NCBI RefSeq assembly: GCF_006345805.1
Contig: NC_043008.1
Span: 37,262,001-37,326,000 of the forward strand
Source of the DNA: Octopus sinensis
Lineage: Eukaryota
Length of the DNA: 64,000 bases
Reading direction: 5' to 3'
Shown here: positions 40,725-52,442 of the stretch, in pieces
Layout: the number at the start of each line of letters is the position of its first letter
Numbering within the stretch: position 1 is the stretch's first letter
Program-made: the position numbers and the translations under genes
Notes under the pieces: model-generated
Told to the model about the DNA's origin: nothing
The model's input: the letters and a program-made list of their open reading frames with translations, nothing else
Databases searched by the model: none

Positions 40725-40884
40725 TCATGGAAATGCAATTCCATTTGGTTCTGGTTGATATATGGAACAATATATCTTTCATTGTTGAAGACCAAGCCTT
40801 GAGAGCTGTATGCATGATATTCAGAACTGAAGTCAATAGGGTACCTGTCAATGAACCAAGTGTTCCCAGGTTCATATCCTATCA
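40725..40884 (-). CDS. Candidate exon, phase 1-2
   Basis: TTTTCTCAG acceptor, IGYEPGNTWFIDRYPIDFSSEYHAYSSQGLVFNNERYIVPYINQNQMELHFH, GA|GTATGG candidate donor; protein-like composition. Confidence 0.45.
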
Positions 40885-41037
40885 CTGAGAAAACACTTAA
40901 TTCTCAAATGTCAAATGACTCAATCCAACTGTATGAGATAAAACAGTTAAGCAACAACATGAAGCCTTCAGTTTAGTGTGTAAGATATTTCAAAATAAAA
41001 GGAATGTATATAATAAAATAAATGTGCTTTTTTAAAA

Positions 41038-41268
41038 CCTAGCCAGGCTCATGGGCCCAGTTTCCCAGTTTCAATAGCGTATGTGTTCCCCAGCTGGCAG
41101 GCCACCAGTCCATCGCAGCGTTACTTATTTTCGCCAGCTGAGTGGACTGGAGCAATGTGAAATGAAGTGTTTTGCTCAAGAGCACAATGCGTCGCTTGGT
41201 CCAGGAATCGAACCCACAATCTTACGATCATAATGCTGATACCCTAACACTAAACCACGTGCCTCCAC
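41038..41268 (-). mobile_element. SINE family 3, short-tail variant
   Basis: Reverse complement of the GTGGTTTAGTGTTAGGGTATCAGC..GGTTCGATTCC..TTGAGCAAAACACTTCATTTCACATTGCTCCAG body. Confidence 0.85.
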
Positions 41269-41600
41269 AGGAATGTATATAGATATATCTTAATGCCTTT
41301 AACTAAGACCTTGATATTTCTAAGTATATCAAAATGGTGTGAACCAAATTTAATAATCAATGGCAGTAATTATAATTAATCTAGAATATGATTTTAAAAA
41401 AAAGAAGACAATTAGAATTATTGTAAATATTTTCTTGACTATATCAAGAGTTATTTCAACAGTTTTAGCTTTTTCTTCTCTGCAAATAGTTTGTAATAAA
41501 AAGTTGTTTGATTTCTTTGAGCTTTGGAATGAACTTTCTGATGGTATTTGAATTTAGATTTATTAATTATTGTTTTACCACTCTTATTTATTTTTCATAC

Positions 41601-41738
41601 ATATTCTGCTGTATCTGCTCTTCTGCTTTCCCCTTCTCTTCAAGCTCATAAAATTTCAGATATTCCAAAATGTGGTTAAGTCTGAGCAAGTGAAATAGCA
41701 TAGAGGTAAGTGCATTTGAAATCAGTTCGCATGTGCTT
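41601..41738 (-). CDS. Exon of an unnamed protein-coding gene, phase 2-2
   Basis: Long pyrimidine tract and CTCCAG acceptor, STCELISNALTSMLFHLLRLNHILEYLKFYELEEKGKAEEQIQQN, AT|GTATGA donor; joins in frame to the exon at 42202-42397. Confidence 0.6.
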
Positions 41739-41994
41739 CTGGAGTGATGGAGAATGGCCAATGGAAGAAGGAGAAACAAACAAAAGAATTTATTATTTAG
41801 AGATGAATGGAAGCAAAGGGAGATAAGAGGCAGAATGGTTGAGCGGGATTTGTGAAGAAAATGTCAAGTGAGCTGTAGTCAAATTACTTGCTTGGCTGCT
41901 ATGAATCAGAACACACTGACCAATATCCTGACTTCACTAACACTTAACATCACACACAAACACACACACTCACACACACACACACATACACACA

Positions 41995-42047
<53 letters not shown>

Positions 42048-42201
42048 ACACAATCATAATTACACCATTCAGCTTCTTATCCCCCTTTATGTCTGCTCTC
42101 TAAATAATGCTCACATTTATAAAATCAGTATATGCAAGTGAATCAGCATTAGACTAAAATAGCCATCTACCTATCGTCCTTAATGTACATACACTGCTGA
42201 C

Positions 42202-42397
42202 CTGCAGGATAGTGCAGTTTTTATCTGAAGTAGAATCTCTTGTGGACATGCTGTGTCAAAAACATAATCAATATTGGAGGGAGACAAAAAAAAATCATCC
42301 TGGTAGTGGCTGCCAGAACTTCCAGATGCACCTTGGCTGTCTTGGGTCTTGTGAATGACGTGTTCGTAGGTCCAAGCTTTGACAAAATTTGTCACCT
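42202..42397 (-). CDS. Exon of an unnamed protein-coding gene, phase 1-2
   Basis: CATTTTTCAG acceptor, VTNFVKAWTYEHVIHKTQDSQGASGSSGSHYQDDFFLSPSNIDYVFDTACPQEILLQIKTALSC, AG|GTCAGC donor; 196 nt. Confidence 0.62.
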
Positions 42398-42647
42398 CTG
42401 AAAAATGGGAAGCAGTGAATAATAATGTATTCACTGATATTGTGAAGAGCTGTGAAGCTGAATAAAAATTTTGGCTGTGCAAATGAAACAGCATTAAATG
42501 AAAATAATCATGTATGTATTATACTTAAAGTATATATAGCATTGTCTGGCAAGATAATGGGGATTACAGCACATTTATAAGAAATCTTATCTTGGAACAA
42601 AAACTGCAGCTACTTGCCTGTCAATGGTGCATGTTAAGTGTGATACA

Positions 42648-42978
42648 CAAAAAAGTAGCGCTCTGTTGGTTACGCCGATGAGGGTCCCAGCTGATACAAT
42701 CAACGGAACAGCCTGCTAATGAAAATAACGTGCAAGTGACTGAGCAATCCACAGACATGTGTACCCCTAATGTAGTTCTCAGGGAGATCCAGCATGACAC
42801 AGGGTGTGACAAGGCTGACCCTTTGAATTACAGGTACAACTCATTTTTGTCAGTTGAGTAGGACTGGAGCAACGTGAAATAAAGTGTCTTGCTCAAGGAC
42901 ACAGCACGTCACCGGGAATTGAACTCACGACCTTACAATCGTGAGCCGAATGCCCTAACCACTAAGCCACATGCCTTC
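42648..42978 (-). mobile_element. SINE family 3, long variant
   Basis: tRNA-like head GTGGCTTAGTGGTTAGGGCATTCGGCTCACG..GAGTTCAATTCCC; colinear with 52443-52765. Confidence 0.9.
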
Positions 42979-43114
42979 ACAAATGACTATTTTAATGACC
43001 ATGTTTGTTTTATTCTTCTGGCACCTTGGGCAAGTGTCTTCTACTTTAGACCCAGGCTAAACCGAAGCCTTGTGAGTGAATTCGGTTGATGGTAAGACCA
43101 TCATATAAATATCA

Positions 43115-43335
43115 TCATCATCATCATTATTTAACGTCCGATTTTTCTGCTAGCATGGGTTAGACGGTTTGACCAGTGCTAGCAAGCTGGAGAGCTGCAC
43201 CAAGACACCAGTCTAATTTGGTATGGTTTCTATGGCTGGGTGCCCTTCCTAACATCAACCCCTTTAGAGTGCATGCTGGGTATTTTAAACAAGGTTCCAG
43301 CACGAGTGCTTTTTATGTGGCACTGGCACAGGCCT
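43115..43335 (-). mobile_element. RTE-tail SINE fragment
   Basis: ATCATCATCATTATTTAACGTCCG..GCTAGCATGGG..GGCTGGGTGCCCTTCCTAAC. Confidence 0.75.
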
Positions 43336-43523
43336 CTTGCAGGCCAGTCTTCTTCATCACTTCTGTTGTGGAAGATGGGTCTTCCACACACACATACACA
43401 CATATATGTATATATCTGTGTGTTTGTGTATGTCTTTTGTATGCATTTGTTTGCCCCACTTGATTGAGAACTGGTGTTGCTCTATTGACATCCCTGTAAC
43501 TTAGTGGTATGGCAAGAGAAACT

Positions 43524-43821
43524 AGTGGAGGCACATCGCCTAGTGGATAGAGCAGTGGACCCGCGGTCGAGGGATCGTGGGTTCGAATCTCAGACCAGGC
43601 GATGTGTGTGTTTATGAGTGAAACACCTAAGCTCCATGCGGCATGGGCAGAAGGTAATGGTGAACTTCTGCTGACTCTTTCACCACAACTTTCTCTCACT
43701 CTTTCCTCCTGCATCTTGCAGCTCACCTGCGACAAACTGGCGTCCCATCCAGGTGGGGAACCTATGCGCCAAGGAAACTGGGAAATTGGCCCTTATGAGC
43801 CAGGCGTGGCTCGAGAAAGAA
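43524..43821 (+). mobile_element. tRNA-derived SINE (family 4) nested in a family 1 3' fragment
   Basis: A-box-like TAGTGGATAGAGC and B-box GGTTCGAATCTC; flanking near-duplicate CAAGAGAAACT (43513-43523) and CAAGAGAGACT (43822-43832). Confidence 0.75.
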
Positions 43822-44070
43822 CAAGAGAGACTGATAGAATAAGTACCAGGCTTAAGTACTGATGTTAATTTGTTTGCCTAAACCCTCAAAGCAGTGCTAC
43901 AGCATGAAACAAGTAAAAGATAAAAGATTAAAGATTAAAGATATGGCAGCCTTTCTTCATTACTATAGTATAATTAGGGAACCACTTTCTTCAACCTTTC
44001 CTCTGTAATTCTTTTACTTGTTTCAGTCATTTGACTGTAGCCATGCTGGAGCTCTTTCTGAGATATTTAC

Positions 44071-44132
44071 CATTTTTTTGCAGACTTTTAATCGCATCTT
44101 GGAATATTTTAAATTTCACCATTTTGAGGTAT
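44071..44132 (-). CDS. Candidate exon, phase 2-1
   Basis: Weak CCTAAAG acceptor, YLKMVKFKIFQDAIKSLQKN, G|GTAAAT donor; phase matches the exon starting at 42397. Confidence 0.25.
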
Positions 44133-44332
44133 CTTTAGGCTGTTTAACTCGTATTACGCTTCTAGCCACACAAACATTTTCAACCTTTCAACCTTTGCTT
44201 CACAACCATACATACTTTTCTTTACACACACACACACACATCCACATATATATTTTAAAGCATTTGCTAAAATATTTGATACAATCACAATATTTGAAGA
44301 AAGATTTTAGATTTTCTTAAAAATTAACTATA

Positions 44333-44734
44333 GGCACAGGAGTGGCTATGTGGTAAGTAGCTTGCTTACCAACCACATGGTTCTGGGTTCAGTCCCACTG
44401 TGGGGCACCTTGGGCAAGTGTCTTCTACTATAGCCTCGGGCTGACCAAAGCCTTGTGAGTGGATTTGATAGACAGAAACTGAGAGAAGCCTGTCGTATAT
44501 ATGTATATATGTGTGTGTGTGTGTTTGTGTGTCTGTGTTTGTCCCCCCAGCATCGCTTGACAACCGATGCTGGTGTGTTTACGTCCCCGTAGCTTAGCAG
44601 TTTGGAAAAAGAGACCAATAGAATAAGTACTAGGCTTACAAAGAATAAGTCCTGGGGTCGATTTGCTCGACTAAAGGCGGTGCTCCAGCATGGCCGCAGT
44701 CAAATGACTGAAACACGTAAAAGAGTAAAAGAGA
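44333..44734 (+). mobile_element. SINE family 1, full length
   Basis: Same consensus as the other family 1 copies. Confidence 0.92.
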
Positions 44735-44879
44735 GATTTAAAAAAACAAATCTTAGAAAAACTGGAATGACAAGAATCTTTTGAAAGGAAGTTTACATAT
44801 TTCGTGTGTAAGTGCTTTTGCTGTAAAATTTTTCAGAAGCACATGTTTTGGGGTAATCCATACAGCATATAGCATATCT

Positions 44880-45190
44880 TGTTTATAGTAGCAGTGTGGG
44901 CTATTTCTGGTTTAGTTTTGGATTTAGAATTTTCAAAAAGTATTCTTTTGTCTTTTGTAGTTGATTATTTTCTTCTTTATTTTGTAAAATGGAAATATTT
45001 AATTTTTCATTTGCACAAATGTCAGTATGTTCACTACATGGAACATTTCTAAGAGATGAATTTTTAATGTGTGCAAATAGAAAATTTAAAATATTTCCCT
45101 TTTTTGAAAATAAAGGAAGAAGAATACTTTATAAAATTCTAAATCTGAAACTAAACCCAAAATAGCCGACATCACTACTAAAAACAACTG
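44880..45190. mobile_element. AT-rich fold-back element (MITE-like)
   Basis: Arms such as GGCTATTTCTGGTTTAGTTTTGGATTTAGAATTTT and AAAATTCTAAATCTGAAACTAAACCCAAAATAGCC, imperfectly pairing to a central spacer of about 50 bp. Confidence 0.7.
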
Positions 45191-46078
45191 CCTCTAAATG
45201 GCTTGCCCAATAACATGTGTATCTGAACAGTTTAACACTGGAAGTGCTTACATGCCAATACAAAACTTCTTTCTAAAAGGTTTGTGTCATTTTGTTTTTC
45301 TCTGATCTTTCTTTTCAAATAGTTGATAATTCTAAGAAAATTCTTACTTCAAATATGTGTATGTGTGTTTATTTTTGATTACTAGAAGTTACAAAGAGAC
45401 TCAGGGGCTGAGAGTTTTGAACACAGCACTTATCACACTTTAAGTACCCTCAATGAAACTTTTTGCTCTTGAATCACTTTATAACTTCTGCCAATTAAAA
45501 AAAAAAAATTACATTCTTGTTTTAAGTTCTGTTATTCCTGTTTGTGTTATCAACCGCATAAACATCATCATCATCAGCATTACCATCATTTTATACATCC
45601 CACTTTTCCATGATTGTATGGGCTGGACAAAATTTGTTGAAGCAGATTTTGCTATGGCTGGATGTCCTTCCTGTCACCAACACTCACCTGTTTCCAAGGA
45701 AGTTAATATTTTCCCAGGACCAGACGTGTTTTCATAGAGTGCTGGAAACAAAGGATACCACTTGCGTGATGGTGACACTCACTCACAACTGTCATACGAT
45801 ATGAAGGCAAGGAGAGCACACACACACACACACACAAACACACACAGACATGCACAGATGCACACGTGTGTGCACACACATACATACATGTGACAGGCTT
45901 CTTTCAATTTTTGCCTGCCAAATCCACCCACAAGGCTTTGGTTGTCCTTGAGTTTTGGCAGAAGACACTTTGTTCAAGTTTGTTCAAGGCACCATGCAGT
46001 GGACATCTTGTCGAGAAGCAAATTCTTACCACAGAACCATGTCTGCCCAAATATATATGGATATATATATATATACAT

Positions 46079-46290
46079 AGTTAATCCAAACATGAAAACA
46101 CAAAGAGAAAACACAACAACGCGAAGACGTGGAACAAATATAGTATTATTGGACGCTTAGGAAGGAAGGGAAGAAGGAGGGTTTAACGTTTCGAGCGGTG
46201 CTCTTCGTCAGAAACATAGGAAAAGGGAAGATCCAGAGAAGGGAAGACGGAGGAAAAAAATCACCAACGGTACACACGCAGTCACATTTT
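46079..46290 (-). mobile_element. About 210-bp PLE-type non-autonomous element with intact HHR core
   Basis: Reverse complement of 10543-10752. Confidence 0.8.
46181..46215 (-). ncRNA. Minimal type-I hammerhead ribozyme, all core nucleotides present
   Basis: Minus strand reads GTTT CTGACGA A GAGC ACC GCTC GAAAC GTT AAAC. Confidence 0.7.
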
Positions 46291-46679
46291 GAATATAATG
46301 TCAGAGTAATAAAGATTAAAAAAATTTTTACTACCAGTGGCCTAGCGTATAGAAGAATTAGTCAGTAGACTATACATTATTTATACAAAATACAGTGTAC
46401 ATTTAAATACATTAAGAGGTATCTATCATAGGACTCCCTTACACTAGAAGGAACAGCTAAAGTTCAAACCACTAATTAGGGATATATATATATATATATA
46501 TATATATCTGCACAGGTGGGGCTGTGTAGTAAGAAGCTTGCTTCCCAACCACATGGTCCCAGGTTCAGTCCAACTGCGTGATACCTTGAGCAAGTGTCTA
46601 CTGTTAAAGCCTTGAGCTGACCAAAGCACTGTGAGTGGTTTTATTTCATGAAAACAGAAAGAAGCCTGTTGTATGTATA

Positions 46680-47190
46680 TATTTGGTCTGATCAATAAAT
46701 ATCCGGGCTGTTGCCATAGTAACGAAACTAAAGCATGCAGAGTAAAGCAGCTTGGCACAAATTAACTTTGAACTCTGCTGTGCATGTACAGTAAGTTTTA
46801 ACATTCTAGCTAATTTTCACTGTTTACAGCAATTCTTGGAAGGAAGGTGTGTAGTGTGTGATTGTTGCACTGATGATGACAGAGAAAGTTGAGCAGAGAA
46901 TTTGCATCGAATTGTGCCAAAAGCTTGGTGATACCTGCTCAGAGGCCTACGCAAATTTTTCAAACGATTGTAATTGTTCTTGACTCAGTCAAGGTGATCT
47001 TGTGTAACTGAAACCCGAGTGACTTTTTGGTAAGCTGAATGCAGTTTTGGCACAAACTTTGCAGACACATGTCTTGTACCCAAATCTTCAGTGATAATAG
47101 ACTGAACTGAACCATAACTGATCTGCACATCCTCTGATAACTTACAGATGGTGATTTGATGATTTCCCCTCACAGCTGCATGCACGTATG
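46680..47190. mobile_element. Mariner 5' fragment with internal inversion
   Basis: Plus strand MTEKVEQRICIE.CQKLG (about 46876-46960), then minus strand ITICKLSEDVQISYGSVQSIITEDLG.RHVSAKFVPK (46985-47185). Confidence 0.75.
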
Positions 47191-47513
47191 TATAAGTAAA
47201 GGCATAAATAATGGGCTTTACATATTTATTTATGCATTGTAAACTTACAGCTTTATTTATTTGTGCTGAAATAAATGTTTAAAGCCCATTATTTGTACCT
47301 TTTCTAGTATATAATTCTGTGGAAAATGCCATATTAACTAGGGAAAGCAATTATGAATTTACAAAGTCGACCAATAATGGAATTCTTTTTTGGATCTTGC
47401 CTTAGAATTACCTGGAGTTCTATACCTATCAGAAAACCTTTTGTTATCCTGGTGTATTAGTATTGATAATCCTTTATCCAATAACATTGATAATCCTTTA
47501 TCCAATAACTCTC

Positions 47514-47547
<34 letters not shown>

Positions 47548-47721
47548 CCAATGCAATCTCAGAGTAACCAGAAGGTTCAACTTACAGTGAACTAGCATCC
47601 CATTTTGTAGTGAGTCTTGCACACTCGGTTATTTGCCATGAAAACTGAGATAATCTCATACCTCATGAGCCTATTAGGCTCCATGCAGATTTTAAATTTA
47701 TGCACACACACACACACACAC

Positions 47722-48078
47722 AGAGTAAAGATATAGAGGATGAAGTCGCATTTTAATTGATATTCATTTCATTTACATGTGCTTCAAATATTTCAGCAAA
47801 TTGTATCCGTTGCTCATTGAGATTTGCATCCTTAATCAATCCATCATCTCATTGATTAATTAACCAAATTTATGGAACTGTTGACTACTAAACTTTGAAA
47901 AGAATGGCTTAGCAGTGAGGAGCTCCATAAATTTGGTTAATTAATCAATCAAATGATGGATTGATTCAGAATGCAATCCTCAACGTCCAATGGATGCAAT
48001 TTGCTGAACTATTCGAAACATGTGTAAGCAAAATAAATACTGTTCAAGATGCATCTTGATTCCATATGGCTTTACTAA
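47722..48078. mobile_element. Fold-back element (MITE-like)
   Basis: Arms including TCAATCCATCAT..ATTGATTAATTAACCAAATTTATGGA and TCCATAAATTTGGTTAATTAATCAAT..ATGATGGATTGA; spacer about 40 bp. Confidence 0.72.
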
Positions 48079-49977
48079 TATACTCTGTGATTAATAAACC
48101 CACATTTTTAATTCCTGATTAATAATTGAGTTACAGTTAGCAAGAAATAAAAACAACCTGTACAGCATGCTGAAATTTCAACTGAACATTACTGTTACCT
48201 CAATTTTATTTACATTGAATGCCCAAACAGGTACATATACATGAATATCTTTAATCTTTATTATCTGTCATGTTACTTATATGCCAATATACAAATGTGT
48301 ATGTGTGTGTGTGTGTGTATGAGTGTGTATGTACATGTTATTTGTCCTGTACTCTATTTTTTCGTTGTTTAAGAAAAATGTCCAGTTCCTTGGTTTTGTG
48401 TTTATGTTTTCGTTTCTCATTGTGCTCGCGGTTTTTTTGGTGTCCTGTACCCATATATGCATGTATATATACATGTAGAGGTAAGTACGTACATATATGT
48501 ATATATGAATATGTTTTATTTATTAATTAATTATATATATTTGTATATCCCCCCTCTCTCTCTCTCTGCCTCTCTATCTCTCACTTCCTGTATACACACA
48601 TGCACATACACACACACACATAGAGACACATGCACACACACACATGCACATACACAACACACACACACACACACATACACTCTCTCACACACACACACAC
48701 ACACACAAAGTAAGTGTGTTTGCCAAAAATCAGGCTTGCTTCCCACTTAATGCCACCACTCAATTCATAATTAATTTGCATTTCAAAACTTCTCTCTAAG
48801 AATTTTTTTTTACCTAGAATCAAACATGAAAGCTAATCATTTCTCTTTCTTTTCTTACCGTGGATGTTACCTTAATTGATTAAGTGATCTTTTGGTAGGT
48901 GGGGTTTGATTATATTAAGTATTATCAACTATAAAGATGTTTCCCAGGGAGTATAATTTTTTACATGTTTATTACATTTTTTACATATAAATTTTTTACA
49001 TTTTTTACATAATCTGCATAGTATGTACAACCAAATCTTTATGAACAGCTCTGTAACACCTTTAAAATGTATAACACACACAACAGTCATAGAGCTTCCA
49101 TGGAGACAGCTGACTTGTTGAAACCATTTTCAACTTCTAAACTATTTTTAAAGTGAGTATCGTACTTGCTAAGTCTTAAATATTGGAATAAAGAAGAAAT
49201 TAATGTGATTAGAAACACCGGTCAAATGCTTCATTGCATTAAGTATTTATTATATTGCCATGTATCTTCTGAAGCAACAGCCTCTGCCTGACATGGGATA
49301 GTAAAGCGAATGATGGATTTGAAAATTGTCATAAATTCTATGCTGCTAATATATCTTTGTGGTAATTAATTCCTCAACTCTCCACATTAAAGTATCTTGC
49401 ATACAGAAGAATCACTTGCTGAACAACTATTCTATTCAATTTTAATCTTGGAACAACATCAATTTACCAGTATATATCAAATGAATTAAACCATTGTTTG
49501 GATATATCATCATCGTCATCTTCATTACCTCTATCCGCAGAAAACTTAGAACGATAGAAAGATTATTACCAGTCCGCCAAGTCTATAAAGTAGATTAAGT
49601 TCCTTGTTCAGGCAGTGCTTGTCTTGAATTCAAACATTAAAAGCTGCATCATTGCTGGCTTAAAACACTTGAAAAAAGGTAATATCTTTGGTGGCCACTC
49701 AATGGTTCACCTATCAAGGTTTACAGAATATTTTTCTTTTATTGTCATCAACATTTTAATATCTGTTTTTTGTTTTTGTCTTTTTATTTTTTTTGCCTCA
49801 TTCATCTTGGTTCATCTTCTATCACCATTGTTACTTTTATCCACCACATCAGTTATGGAGACTGAGTGAATGAAGATATCATAAGGTGGCGAGGCCTTTC
49901 CAATCTCATAGAATTTAAGGTAACCCTCACCAGTGGTACCGCTATGAAAATCCAACCGAGACACTCCATAAATTGGT

Positions 49978-50364
49978 ATACTCTTTTACTCTTTTACTTG
50001 TTTCAGTCATTTGACTGTGGCCATGCTGGAGCACCGCCTTTAGTCGAACAAATCGACCCCAGGACTTATTCTTTGTAAGCCTAGTACTTATTCTATCGGT
50101 CTCTTTTTCCAAACACACCAGTATCGGTTGTCAAGCAATGTTGGGGGAACAAATGCAGACATACAAACATATACACACACACATATATACATACACATAT
50201 ACGACAGGCTTCTTTCAGTTTCCATCTACCAAATCCACCCACAAGGCTTTGGTCAGCCTGAGGCTATAGTAGAAGACACTTGCCCAAGGTGCCACACAGT
50301 GGGACTGAACCCGGAACCATGTGGTTGGTAAGCAAGCTACTTACCACACAACCACTCCTACACC
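49978..50364 (-). mobile_element. SINE family 1 with small internal deletion
   Basis: Same consensus as the other family 1 copies. Confidence 0.9.
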
Positions 50365-50394
50365 TATGCACAAGATGGGTTTGTAATATTTCAA

Positions 50395-51043
50395 ATTTTG
50401 GTGCAAGGCCAGCAATTTTGGTGAAAGGAAGGTAAGTCAATTACATTGATTCCAATGCTCAAATGGTACTTATTTTATTGACCCTGAAAAGGTGGAGAGG
50501 CAAAGTTGACCTTGGTGGAATTTGAATTCAGAGTATAAAGACATGACATGTCACTAAGCATTTTACCTGGCATACCAACAGGTCTGCAAGCTCACCACCT
50601 TATAGATGGGATTGTAATATTTTTATTTCTTTACTGCCCACAAGGGGCTACACACAGAAGGGACAAACAAGGACAGACAAACAGATTAAGTCGATTATAT
50701 TGACTCCAGTGCATAACTGGTACTTATTTAATCAACCCCGAAAGGATGAAAGACAAAGTCGACCTTGGCGGAATTTGAACTCAGAACATAAAGGACAGAC
50801 AAAATACCTACTCTTTTACTACCCACAGGTGGCTAAACACAGAGAGGACAAACAAGGACAGACAAATGGATTAAGTCGATTATATCGGCCCCAATGTATA
50901 ACTGGTACTTATTTAATTGACCCTGAAAGGATGAAAGGCAAAGTCAACCTCAGCGGAATTTGAACTTAGAACATAGTGGCAAACAAAATACCGCTAAGCA
51001 TTGCGCCCGGCGTGCTAACATTTCTGCCAGCTCGCCGCCTTGA
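50395..51043 (-). mobile_element. Cluster of SINE family 2 copies with duplicated 3' half
   Basis: GGACAAACAAGGACAGACAAA..GATTAAGTCGATTATAT..GGATGAAAG.CAAAGTC occurs twice (50660-50790 and 50845-50970). Confidence 0.85.
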
Positions 51044-51606
51044 TGGGATTGTAATATTAGTAACATTGTGAGTTTTGCATCACTTTGTGTTTGAAATTCA
51101 GTATAAATCATAACTAGTCTCACTAATTCTTTCATAATCTGACTATCATGGCATTATGAATGATACTATAAAATTCTGCAATACTTATTCCACTGAGCAT
51201 ATGCAATGCATACAGATATGACTGTGCGGTTAAAAAGCATTCATTACAATTATGTAGCTTTGAGTTCAATTCAAGTGCATGACATCTTGGGTAAGAGTCA
51301 TGTACCATAGCTTTGGATTAAGCAACAGCTTGTGAATGGAATTTGGGAGACAGTAAGCATGTAGAAGCCTGTTCTATGAGTTAATCCTCTTTATGGATGG
51401 CTGTGCTAATCTGTCACCTGGTTTAACTAATACCACAACTTATTGCAAGAATTCAGGCAAGGCTCTGGTCTGAGAATAATTTCTTTGCACTAACATTAGT
51501 GGCAGGCCCTTCAAAACATGCCTGGAGTTATCCCCTTTCTCCTCTGACTAATTTATTAAAAAATATCATTCATTCCCTTTATATATCAGTAACAATACAG
51601 CCAAAC

Positions 51607-51721
51607 CTCTTGTAGATATTACCAAAGGTTTGATTCCCAGAAGCTTTCCTCAGGCCTTCTATGTAATTTACCATTGCATATCCAACGGACATAATTAACT
51701 TATTTGTCATGGCTGTAATAT
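51607..51721 (-). CDS. Candidate exon
   Basis: Open frame xITAMTNKLIMSVGYAMVNYIEGLRKASGNQTFGNIYK after a pyrimidine tract; possible donors G|GTAATA (51623) or AG|GTTTGG (51607). Confidence 0.28.
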
Positions 51722-52015
51722 CTTACTGAAAAGATATTGAAAAATTTAGTGGGACTTTTTCCCCTTCAAATTTCAGGCAATGATTTGAAAAAATTGAATT
51801 CATAAATCTTTAATAGAACTGGAAAACAGGAAAAAGGAAAAAAAGAGAAAAATTCTCAATATTTCATATTTTATTATTGCAGACCTTTTGCTCATATTCG
51901 TCATATTTATCTGATGTCTCTGCTATTCGGCATTCATGCTTCTTACACACACACACACAATGCATATGCATTTGCATGTATTTGTATGTGTGTGTGTATT
52001 TGTTATATATGTATA

Positions 52016-52066
<51 letters not shown>

Positions 52067-52067
52067 G

Positions 52068-52400
52068 TGAAGGTGCATGGCTCAGTGGATAGAGCATCGA
52101 GCTTATGATCGTGAGGTTGTGAACTCGAATCCCGGACTGGGCTGCATGTTGTGTTCTTGAGCAAGACACTTTATTTCACATTGCTCCAGTTCACTCAGCT
52201 GTAGAAATGAGTTGCGATATCACAGGTGCCAAGCTGTTTCGGTCGTTGCCTTTCCCTTGGATAACACTGGTGGTGTGGAGAGGGGAGGCCGGTATGCATG
52301 GGCGACTGCTGGTCTTCCATAAATAACCTTGCCCAGACTTGTGCCTGGGAGGGTAACTTTCTAGGTGCAATCCCATGGTCTGTGTCGTGACCGAAGGGGG
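52068..52400 (+). mobile_element. SINE family 3 head with alternative tail
   Basis: GGTGCATGGCTCAGTGGATAGAGC..GAACTCGAATCCC head and shared TTGAGCAAGACACTTTATTTCAC segment, then a different 3' part. Confidence 0.85.
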
Positions 52401-52442
52401 ACTCAGAATATACATATACATGTAGACATATATACATACAGT

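Noticed and set aside
41645-41705. Plus-strand exon with strong pyrimidine tract and GTAAGT donor
   Set aside because: All three frames contain stops; the tract is the complement of purine-rich EEKGKAEE codons of the minus-strand exon.
42202-42397. Naming the host gene (faint resemblance of CPQEILLQI to a KNTC1 segment)
   Set aside because: The similarity is limited to a few residues and the flanks do not align from memory; no symbol is supportable without a search.
43524-43600. tRNA gene (also the heads at 4474, 42978, 52068 and 52443)
   Set aside because: A and B boxes are present, but the acceptor stems do not close and each runs into a repeated SINE body.
47458-47510. Tandem duplication of about 24 bp (ATTGATAATCCTTTATCCAATAAC twice)
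   Set aside because: Ordinary slippage duplication with no further structure.
48990-49770. Short exon-like frames on both strands (e.g. plus 49049-49152, minus 49540-49590)
   Set aside because: Conflicting strands and weak splice sites; none could be chained confidently.
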